Shown here piece after piece: positions 24,092-31,158 of a DNA stretch of 64,000 bases. Under the pieces are notes generated by a model. That model saw only the letters and a list, made by a program, of their open reading frames with translations, did no database searches and had not been told where the DNA came from. Source of the DNA: a virus. Location: the IMG/VR virus record IMGVR_UViG_3300049027_000059, positions 1 to 64,000 of that record, one strand, 5' to 3'. The position numbers and the translations under genes are program-made. Positions within the stretch are counted from its first letter, which is position 1. Every line of letters begins with the position of its first letter.

Positions 24092-24775
24092 ATGAATGTA
24101 GAAGTGGTATCAATTACCAAAAGTTTGGTTGAAGGCGTCGAGCTGAGCGCCGAAGACCTTATCGTTTACACGGCTCGGGTAAGCAACCCGTCCAATCAAA
24201 TGAATACAGAGACTTCCGATAGGTTGCTCCGGTATCTCATCAAGAACAAACACTGGTCTCCCCTAGACATGGTAGATTTTGCAGTGGAGGTTAAAACAAG
24301 CCGGGCCATTGCTGCTCAAATCTTGCGCCATTGGAGTTTTGACTTTCAGGAGTTTTCCCAGCGGTATGCCGAGGCCGTTGATCTTGAACCTGTACAGATA
24401 CGCCGTGCCGGCAGTACGACCCGTCAAGGATCGGCTGATACGTTCGATCCGGATATTGAGGTGAGTATAAACTGCTTAGAACAAGAGGGGATTGCATCAG
24501 AAATTATCCAGGCACACCTTGATTATTCTGTGGCTCTGTACCAAGCTTTGCTTAAAGCAGGTGTGGCCAAGGAATGCGCCCGTATGATCTTACCCCTTGC
24601 GACACAGACAACTATCTACATGAAGGCATCCGTGCGTTCCTGGTTATTTTATCTGTCTCAGCGGCTCGATCCGCACGCGCAGCTGGAACACCGGGAAGTA
24701 GCACGTGAAGTCTACACCGTGTTTAAAAATTATTTCCCTAACGTAGTTAAAGCATTTTTTGAAGATGAACAATAA
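24092..24775 (+). CDS. thyX: flavin-dependent thymidylate synthase ThyX (variant RHW motif)
   Basis: ILRHWSFDFQEFSQRY corresponds to the ThyX RHRx7S..SxRY signature. Later motif: RSWLFYLSQRLDPHAQLEHREVA. Confidence 0.8.
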   Translation: MNVEVVSITKSLVEGVELSAEDLIVYTARVSNPSNQMNTETSDRLLRYLIKNKHWSPLDMVDFAVEVKTSRAIAAQILRHWSFDFQEFSQRYAEAVDLEPVQIRRAGSTTRQGSADTFDPDIEVSINCLEQEGIASEIIQAHLDYSVALYQALLKAGVAKECARMILPLATQTTIYMKASVRSWLFYLSQRLDPHAQLEHREVAREVYTVFKNYFPNVVKAFFEDEQ

Positions 24776-24998
24776 CACAAATGAAGTGGACATGGTAAAC
24801 CACCCTCCACATTACACGGACGGTAAAATCGAAGTGATTGATTTTATTGAGGACAAACAGCTGGGATTTTGCTTAGGTAACGCCATGAAGTACATTTCAC
24901 GAGCCGGAAAGAAAAATCCAGAGAAGACGATTGAAGACTTGGAGAAGGCACGATGGTATCTCGACAGGCAGATTACTACGCTGAAGAATTCTAGGTAA
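24759..24998 (+). CDS. DUF3310-like protein
   Basis: VNHPPHYTDGKIEVIDFIE...GNAMKYISRAGKK...DLEKARWYL. An alternative start is at 24792. Confidence 0.7.
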   Translation: MKMNNNTNEVDMVNHPPHYTDGKIEVIDFIEDKQLGFCLGNAMKYISRAGKKNPEKTIEDLEKARWYLDRQITTLKNSR

Positions 24999-25006
24999 TA
25001 AAAAAG

Positions 25007-25036
25007 CCCTTGCAGCTATTGCAAGGGTTTTTATTT
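25007..25036 (+). terminator. intrinsic terminator ending the rightward block
   Basis: CCCTTGC-agctatt-GCAAGGG followed by TTTTTATTTTT. Confidence 0.75.
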
Positions 25037-25077
25037 TTCCTATATTTGAGTCCCCACTTACTTCATTCTTATCAACT

Positions 25078-25108
25078 AAAAAGCCCTTACTCATCGTAAG
25101 GGCTTTTT
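25078..25108 (-). terminator. bidirectional hairpin terminator ending the leftward SSB operon
   Basis: AAAAAGCCCTTAC-tcatc-GTAAGGGCTTTTT, 6 nt beyond the stop at 25114. Confidence 0.75.
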
Positions 25109-25113
25109 AGTGC

Positions 25114-25704
25114 TTAACCTAGTGGCGATACCGGATCGGCGAACGGACTTTCCGGTGCTCCGAATACGTCTTCCGCTTTCTTTCTTGCTCCGCCTAGCGG
25201 CTCTCCGTCTTTGGTCTTCATCACGTTTTGCAGTGATACACCAATACCTGCGTTTCCTGCAGTGTCATACGGAAATAGCTGAATATGCACTCTGCCGTAC
25301 ATACCTGAGTAAATCTCCGTGTGATTGGTTACCCGCTCACGTTTTTCGTTCAATACCCCAGGAGGCTTATCTTCCGGCGTCTTAGCGTTCAGAACCCAGC
25401 AGCCTGCACATTCCGGATTATCCGGAAAAGCAGTATCTCCGTCTTTCAGGGCTACGCTCATCGTGGCGAGCTTCACAGCGCTGAACTGTGCAAACGGTTT
25501 CTTTCCTTCCGTCACTCCGTTTTGCCGTGCTACGTCCCTTGCTTTTGTTAAAGCGTTTAACGTAGCCTGATCTGATTTAGGGATCAGAATCTTAACGCTG
25601 TAGTTAGGGGTACCTCCTTGCGTGATTGCTTTAGGAGTCATCAGGTTTACGTAGCTCAGGCGGCACTCGCCGGTCACTACTTCATTTGCTTGTAATGTTG
25701 ACAT
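25114..25704 (-). CDS. phage ssDNA-binding protein (DUF2815 type)
   Basis: VVTGECRLSYVNLMTPKA...YSVKILIPKSD matches the DUF2815 start. It sits in the DUF2800/PolA/VirE module. Confidence 0.7.
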   Translation of the reverse strand: MSTLQANEVVTGECRLSYVNLMTPKAITQGGTPNYSVKILIPKSDQATLNALTKARDVARQNGVTEGKKPFAQFSAVKLATMSVALKDGDTAFPDNPECAGCWVLNAKTPEDKPPGVLNEKRERVTNHTEIYSGMYGRVHIQLFPYDTAGNAGIGVSLQNVMKTKDGEPLGGARKKAEDVFGAPESPFADPVSPLG

Positions 25705-25748
25705 TTTTACTTGGTTTACTTGTATAACATTTATATTAATTAAGCTAT

Positions 25749-26336
25749 TTAATACGGCAGATCATCGTCCGGAATAATTGCGTTTAAAGGTGAAATATCA
25801 TCTTTCTTGTAAGAATCTAAGGGATCGTATCTGGCCATCTTCTTTTCTTCCCGATCCGCATCCACGCCGTCTTTGTATTCTTCGGTCCCGCCTATATCCG
25901 GGAGAGAAGTTGAGAATGTTGATTTATTGAAAATAGAAGACGCCCACTGCATCAGTTGAATCCAGTCTTTCGCTCTGTTAAACAACGTTTTGGCTTCCAC
26001 AATATCCCGAATTGAATTTACGTAAAATCCCTCATGTTGCAACAATACTTCGTCATTTGCATGATTTCTGATCCATACGTCCACTTTAATATTGTCTATA
26101 TAGAAAGAATAAGACATGTTTGCGTTTCCTGTGAATTTAGGATTAGGATTGGTCGCCTGAAATAATTCCAAATTGCTTATAGCGTGCGGCATAGGTTTCT
26201 CCAAAATAATATCTAAATCCCCTGGCTCCTTCGCCAGCTTAACGCCATGGAGTTTCATTGCATTAGAGCCCCCTATGACGAATCTCTCTGCTGGCAATTT
26301 CTTTTTTAACTGGTGTAACAAATCAATATTTTTCAT
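25749..26336 (-). CDS. nucleotidyltransferase-fold protein with an SSB-tail-like C-terminus
   Basis: FVIGGSNAMKLHGVKLAKEPGDLDIIL is of the GS...DxD Pol-beta NTase type. The C-terminus is ...NAIIPDDDLPY. Confidence 0.5.
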   Translation of the reverse strand: MKNIDLLHQLKKKLPAERFVIGGSNAMKLHGVKLAKEPGDLDIILEKPMPHAISNLELFQATNPNPKFTGNANMSYSFYIDNIKVDVWIRNHANDEVLLQHEGFYVNSIRDIVEAKTLFNRAKDWIQLMQWASSIFNKSTFSTSLPDIGGTEEYKDGVDADREEKKMARYDPLDSYKKDDISPLNAIIPDDDLPY

Positions 26337-27499
26337 TCTACTTCATCTTTAATTATAGCGTCTTTAAACACGGCGGCAGCATTATCGAATTCAGGCCGCG
26401 GATCGTCTACGGTTACCAACGTGGGAGTGCCTGCAGGCTTACGCAAACCGGATTCTACAATTTCTCTAAACGCTTTTGCGCCTATTGACTTTTGCAGTTT
26501 AGTGATACCTAATAATTGCTTTGGCGTATATATTTCGTTGTAGCCGGCGTCCAGCAGTTTTTTCTCTGTCTGGCTTTCGCTTACAAAGACCCGGTTGCTT
26601 TTTCCTTCCACTAGCTTCATGCCGGCCCATTTCTTACCTTTTACAGCCTCGGCCAGCATGTATTCTTTCAGGTCATCTACCCACGAGGATAAAATCGATG
26701 CTTTCTTTATTATAGATACCAGTTCATCATCTGAGAGCTGGTCATGTTTTTTCAATTCGTGCTTGAACAGGTCAAGATTATAATCTGCCAATGTCTGACA
26801 CCGTACGCGCGCTCTGCAGAATTTGCAGTGGTTACCAGCAACATATTGCCCTTCTCCTGCGAAGGCGGTTTTTGCTTTAGGCGCTAATTCTTCTACAGCC
26901 CATCTCAGCAAATCAGGAACAGTAATCTCCCATTCAGAGTTATTATTTAATCTCGGTTGATATATGCCGACACTGATTACCTCAATGTCGTATACCCACC
27001 CCCACCAGGCAAGTGCGCCCAGTGCGTATACTTTAAGTTGCGTATTGTTGACTGCCGAAACCGGAACGCCTTTACCATATTTCAGATCACGGAAAATGAT
27101 TTTCTTTTGTCTTGGAATAACACGCATGTAGTCGCCGGTCCCAAAACCTTCTGGTATGTAGGCTGTAATATCGAGCTTTGTTTCTACCGCGTGTACGTGA
27201 TCAGGTTCTGATCCTTGCAGGCAATAATCTGCGTACTGTTCACAATACGTTAGCATTTCCGGAGAGTACAGTTCTTCAGATTGCAGCTGTTCCAATTCTA
27301 AATCATAGGCAAACTCATCTATAATCCCAAGTCGCATCTTAATGATCAGTTCCGATATAGCGTGGGCTAGAGTACCCTCTTTGGCAAAGATCGTTTCTTC
27401 GTTAGGAAACTGCTCTTCAAACCTCGCTGAAGGAGTACAAGCCATCCACCGACTAGCGGAGGATGGTGATAATACTGCATGTGCTGCTGCGTCTCCCAT
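26333..27499 (-). CDS. PD-(D/E)XK nuclease, DUF2800/Cas4-like
   Basis: HAVLSPSSASRWMACTPS at the N-terminus, DYM...RDLKYGKG core, and Cys cluster CKFCRARVRC. Confidence 0.75.
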   Translation of the reverse strand: MGDAAAHAVLSPSSASRWMACTPSARFEEQFPNEETIFAKEGTLAHAISELIIKMRLGIIDEFAYDLELEQLQSEELYSPEMLTYCEQYADYCLQGSEPDHVHAVETKLDITAYIPEGFGTGDYMRVIPRQKKIIFRDLKYGKGVPVSAVNNTQLKVYALGALAWWGWVYDIEVISVGIYQPRLNNNSEWEITVPDLLRWAVEELAPKAKTAFAGEGQYVAGNHCKFCRARVRCQTLADYNLDLFKHELKKHDQLSDDELVSIIKKASILSSWVDDLKEYMLAEAVKGKKWAGMKLVEGKSNRVFVSESQTEKKLLDAGYNEIYTPKQLLGITKLQKSIGAKAFREIVESGLRKPAGTPTLVTVDDPRPEFDNAAAVFKDAIIKDEVE

Positions 27500-27500
27500 T

Positions 27501-28079
27501 TTACAGGGTATCTAAGTCGTCGTATACGTACTGATAATCGGACTCCTGAATATCAGAAGGTTTTTCACAAGCCGTTCCGTCTGCTTTTTTAAACGTAGCA
27601 ATCAGTTGCTTAGCAGCATCTTTTTTATCAGTCAGCTTACCGATCTTTTCACGGATCATTTGGAGTGTAACCGGTCCGCCTGTCTGAGCCGGTGCAGGTG
27701 CAGGTGCAGGTGCAGGTGCAGGTGCAGGTGCACTCGCTGCTAACGGATCAGCTGCAGCAGGTGCCGGCGTTCCCAGCGGATCAGCTGCTACGTGTGCAAC
27801 AGTTAAGGGGTCAGCCGCCACAGTTGAAGGCGCACTTAATGGATCAGCCGCAGCAGGTGCTGCGCCAAGTGGATCAGCGGCCACTGGTGCCACAGGAGCC
27901 GGTGTTTCTTTCGCTGGTGCTGCTGCACGGCTACGTTTAGTTGGCTCTTTAGGGAGTTCTGCAGCAGGACTTTGAACAGTCACAGACTGATCTGCTCCTT
28001 CTGTGCCCTGACTTAACTGAGAGAAGGCCGCTTTTGCTTCCTCTACCGAGTCGGCTTCGATGGTGATAACTATTTTCAT
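27501..28079 (-). CDS. hypothetical protein with AADPL and (PA)n repeats
   Basis: 192 aa. Five AADPL repeats and APAPAPAPAPAPAPA lie between the structured N- and C-terminal parts. Confidence 0.7.
   Translation of the reverse strand: MKIVITIEADSVEEAKAAFSQLSQGTEGADQSVTVQSPAAELPKEPTKRSRAAAPAKETPAPVAPVAADPLGAAPAAADPLSAPSTVAADPLTVAHVAADPLGTPAPAAADPLAASAPAPAPAPAPAPAPAQTGGPVTLQMIREKIGKLTDKKDAAKQLIATFKKADGTACEKPSDIQESDYQYVYDDLDTL
27691..27732. repeat. (GGTGCA)x7 hexanucleotide tandem repeat
   Basis: Read directly. Encodes (Pro-Ala)n on the minus strand. Confidence 0.9.
27745..27878. repeat. five GG(A/G)TCAGC boxes spaced 33/30/33/30 bp
   Basis: Boxes begin at 27745, 27778, 27808, 27841 and 27871. 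Four contain GATC. Confidence 0.8.
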
Positions 28080-28270
28080 ATTCTGTTTTTGGGTTTTACT
28101 TTTTCTCTTGGATTTTGGGCTACGTCAATGATCCATATAATATCTTTAGCCACCAAACTTTCCACCGCTACATCTTTACCGGGAGCCGTCACGTCTACAA
28201 CTTTTATTTCGTCCGCGAAAGTGACGTACTTCACTTTAAATCTTTGCATTTTTACTACTTTATTCTGCAA
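28076..28270 (-). CDS. hypothetical small protein
   Basis: 64-aa ORF with a 4-nt overlap downstream. Confidence 0.55.
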   Translation of the reverse strand: MQNKVVKMQRFKVKYVTFADEIKVVDVTAPGKDVAVESLVAKDIIWIIDVAQNPREKVKPKNRI

Positions 28271-28452
28271 ACGTACAACATCCCGGTTCCGTCGTCTTCT
28301 TGCACTTTGAACCGCATACCTCTTTTCTTAATTTCTTTTTTGTGGTAATGTACAGCAGAGTATATCGTAGCCGCAGGCGTATCCTCTAAAGGTAAACACT
28401 CCTTTACACCCATCTCCAACAATCGTTCTATCCAGGGCAGTTTTATTTCCAT
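28255..28452 (-). CDS. hypothetical small protein
   Basis: 65-aa ORF, first CDS after the tRNA. Confidence 0.55.
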   Translation of the reverse strand: MEIKLPWIERLLEMGVKECLPLEDTPAATIYSAVHYHKKEIKKRGMRFKVQEDDGTGMLYVCRIK

Positions 28453-28468
28453 TGTGATTTGGTTTTTG

Positions 28469-28542
28469 TACAGCGTGCGGGATTCGAACCCGCGATAACC
28501 TCTTCGAAAGAGAGGTGACTTAGACCGCTTGTCAAACGCTGC
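28469..28542 (-). tRNA. tRNA-Glu (anticodon UUC)
   Basis: Manual cloverleaf: acceptor GCAGCGT/ACGCTGT (G-U at 1-72), anticodon arm CCTCT-CTTTCGA-AGAGG (UUC), variable TTATC, T arm GCGGG-TTCGAAT-CCCGC. 74 nt, no CCA encoded. Confidence 0.75.
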
Positions 28543-28646
28543 ATTCTTAACCGCCGAGGTGTACCCTCTTTTAGCGGAGTACTACTATTAGGGGCCCGAC
28601 ATCCTCTTCCAGCGCTCGGGCCAACACGCTGTGACTGGCGGTTAAC
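28543..28646 (-). ncRNA. candidate structured 5' leader RNA preceding tRNA-Glu
   Basis: Runs from the predicted transcription start to 1 nt before the tRNA. Terminal helix GTTAACCGCC/GGCGGTTAAG; internal hairpins GGCCCGA-N16-TCGGGCC and GTACTC-N10-GGGTAC. No ORF. Confidence 0.4.
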
Positions 28647-28650
28647 GCCA

Positions 28651-28658
28651 CAAACGTA
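28651..28658 (-). promoter_or_regulatory. -7 box TACGTTTG of the leftward replication-operon promoter
   Basis: TAnnTTTG match preceded by a T-rich stretch. Divergent from an identical box at 28718. Confidence 0.45.
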
Positions 28659-28717
28659 GGTAAAAGATTTTAAAAGAAAAAAAATAATTTTAAAATTTTT
28701 TTATCTGAAATTTTTAT

Positions 28718-28725
28718 TACGTTTG
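28718..28725 (+). promoter_or_regulatory. -7 box TACGTTTG of the rightward replication-operon promoter
   Basis: TAnnTTTG match ending 11 nt before the ATG at 28737. Confidence 0.45.
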
Positions 28726-28736
28726 TCGTCCCAACG

Positions 28737-29147
28737 ATGTTACACACACGCACACTATTAGAAGACATTCGTTCCGAAATCGCTGCCGTTGGCGGCCGGT
28801 TCAATATGATCGGAATACTGATCAGAGAAAGTCCTGAGTGGTTTTCCCTTGCTGAGGTTAAACGCGTACGAAAGGCGCAGCTGGCTAACGCCCGCAACCG
28901 AAAATATAAGAAAAAAAATCCCCGTACCCCTAAAAGTAACCGAAACCGGATATGGACAGATGAGGACGAGTTGTACGTTAAAAAACATTTTGGACGCATA
29001 CGAACCAGTAGACTCGCACGATATTTAGGTCGTACACGTTTTGCTGTTGCTCAAAAATTCCATGCGATTGCCACCGAAGAGGAAAAGCAATGGGTAGCTG
29101 AACATGGATTATACGCATACCAGACAAATAAGTTAAAAAAGAAGTGA
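28737..29147 (+). CDS. hypothetical DNA-binding protein (Myb/SANT-like HTH)
   Basis: 136 aa. IWTDEDELYVKKHFGRIRTSRLARYLGRTRFAVAQKFHAI. Confidence 0.55.
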   Translation: MLHTRTLLEDIRSEIAAVGGRFNMIGILIRESPEWFSLAEVKRVRKAQLANARNRKYKKKNPRTPKSNRNRIWTDEDELYVKKHFGRIRTSRLARYLGRTRFAVAQKFHAIATEEEKQWVAEHGLYAYQTNKLKKK

Positions 29148-31120
29148 AGTCCCTCCACATCGATATAGAATCATACAGTCCGGTACCTATCAAAGCAGGC
29201 GTTTACCGGTATGCAGAAGAAGCGGAGATCATTTTATTCGCTTATGCGTTCGACAACGATCCGGTTGAGGTAATCGATCTGTTGGACTTGGAGGAAATAC
29301 CTCATGAAGTAATGCAAGCCCTCACCGATCCATACGTGGTTAAAAAAGCCTTCAATGCTGCTTTCGAACGTGCCGTCATGCAGGCTTACTTTAACATGAA
29401 GTTACCCGCGGATCAGTGGGAATGTACGCAAGCTCGCACAGCAATGTGCGGCCTCCCATTGAATCTGGAACAGGCGGCCATGGTGTTAAACGTAAACCAC
29501 CAAAAACAGATCGGAGGAAAAGCTCTGATCAATTTCTTCTGTATACCTGTCAAAAAGCCGATTAAAAAGAACGAGTTTAGGACCCGCAATTATCCGCAAC
29601 ATGCGCCCGACAAGTGGCAGCAGTTTAAAATATATAACGCTGCGGATGTTGAGGCGGAGCGCGCCGTGTGCCGTGCTCTGAGCTTTTATCAAATCAGTCC
29701 GTTCGAGCACAGGCAATGGTGCCTGGATCAGAAGATAAATGAAACGGGAGTAGGCATCAACGTTCCGTTTGTACGGAGCGCCATTCAACTCATCAATCAC
29801 TATGAAGAGAGTTTGTTGCAAGAATTTATGGACATCACCGGTATCGAAAAGCCAAGCCAACTCGGGTTGTTGAAAAAATGGCTTTTTGAAGAGACTGGTG
29901 AAGAGGTGGATAAACTTAATAAAGAGACCATTCCTGATATTATTGCCAGTACCGACAGTAACCGTGTGTTACGGGCATTAGAGATACGCAAGGAATCTTC
30001 CAAAACTTCTACTAAAAAATACCCTACGATGATGCTTGCCCTGTGCCGCGATGGCCGTGTGCGCGGGTTGCATGAGTATTATGGTGCCAACCGGACCGGC
30101 CGGGCCGCAGGACGCTTACTGCAGCACCAGAACTTACCGCGCGGGGATGCCTCTCACAGTAACATTGAGCCTATTCGTGAACTGGTTCTGAAGAACGATC
30201 CGGAATGGCTGGAATTCTGTTACGGGGCAATACCGAATGTGCTCTCTTCGTTAATCCGAAGCACCTTAATCCCAGCTCCGGGTCATCGATTCATTATCAG
30301 CGATTTCAGTGCAGTGGAAGCACGCGGATTAGCGTGGCTGGCCGGAGAGAAGTGGGTACTTGACGTATTCAGAACGCACGGTAAGATATACGAGGCCACA
30401 GCCTCACGAATGTTCAGCCTTCCACTTGAGAAGATTAAGAAAGACTCGCCATACCGTCAGAAAGGAAAAGTGGCCGCACTAGCGCTAGGTTACCAAGGAT
30501 CGGTGGGAGCATTGGTGAAAATGGGTGCCTTACGTGAAGGTATTTCTGAGGACGAGTTACCAGCCATGGTATCAGACTGGCGTAAGGCCAATCCTAATAT
30601 TGTCAAGTTCTGGAAAGCGTTGCAAGAAGCAGCGGTAAAAGCGGTATCCTCCGGCCAAAGAGTACCGCTGAGTTCCGTATACGTGGACGGATACACGGCT
30701 CCTGAGAGGGGCATAGAATTCTACATGCGTGGCCGTTCGATGTTCCTTAAACTGCCTTCTGGACGCGAATTGGTATACGCTTCAGCGCAGTTAGAGCAAG
30801 GTGAATTTGGAGAGAAAATAACTTACTGGGGAATAGATCAGGTTAAGAAAAAATGGACTAAATTAGATACTTACGGAGGCAAACTCGCCGAGAACGTTAC
30901 ACAAGCCTTATGCCGCGATTTACTGATGAGTGGGCTGCAAAATTTGGATCGCGCAGGATATAAAATTGTGTTACATGTGCATGATGAGTCAGTGTTAGAG
31001 ATGCCTATTGGAGTAGGTTCTTTAGAAGAAGTCAACCGGCTGATGACAATTCTTCCCGATTGGGCGGAAGGGTTCCCGCTGAAAGCTGAAGGTTGCGAAA
31101 GTTTTTATTACAAAAAGTAA
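29144..31120 (+). CDS. family A DNA polymerase with 3'-5' exonuclease domain
   Basis: LHIDIESYS (ExoI), DFSAVEARGLAW (motif A), RQKGKVAALALGYQGSVGAL (motif B), LHVHDES (motif C). Confidence 0.9.
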   Translation: MKSLHIDIESYSPVPIKAGVYRYAEEAEIILFAYAFDNDPVEVIDLLDLEEIPHEVMQALTDPYVVKKAFNAAFERAVMQAYFNMKLPADQWECTQARTAMCGLPLNLEQAAMVLNVNHQKQIGGKALINFFCIPVKKPIKKNEFRTRNYPQHAPDKWQQFKIYNAADVEAERAVCRALSFYQISPFEHRQWCLDQKINETGVGINVPFVRSAIQLINHYEESLLQEFMDITGIEKPSQLGLLKKWLFEETGEEVDKLNKETIPDIIASTDSNRVLRALEIRKESSKTSTKKYPTMMLALCRDGRVRGLHEYYGANRTGRAAGRLLQHQNLPRGDASHSNIEPIRELVLKNDPEWLEFCYGAIPNVLSSLIRSTLIPAPGHRFIISDFSAVEARGLAWLAGEKWVLDVFRTHGKIYEATASRMFSLPLEKIKKDSPYRQKGKVAALALGYQGSVGALVKMGALREGISEDELPAMVSDWRKANPNIVKFWKALQEAAVKAVSSGQRVPLSSVYVDGYTAPERGIEFYMRGRSMFLKLPSGRELVYASAQLEQGEFGEKITYWGIDQVKKKWTKLDTYGGKLAENVTQALCRDLLMSGLQNLDRAGYKIVLHVHDESVLEMPIGVGSLEEVNRLMTILPDWAEGFPLKAEGCESFYYKK

Positions 31121-31158
31121 ATAATTATGAGAGTGGGTAATTTCAAAAAGGGGACTTT

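Noticed and set aside
27691-27878. Possible CRISPR-like or other spaced-repeat array
   Set aside because: The repeats are only 8 bp, the spacers are about 22-25 bp, and everything lies inside a continuous ORF encoding AADPL/(PA)n peptide repeats. This is not a CRISPR architecture, and no cas genes are present.
28582-28590. TAATAGTAG (three consecutive in-frame stop codons on the minus strand) as a tmRNA-like tag end
   Set aside because: The surrounding RNA is only about 100 nt. It lacks a tRNA-Ala-like acceptor/T-arm pairing of its own and an upstream tag reading frame. The adjacent tRNA is a normal tRNA-Glu.
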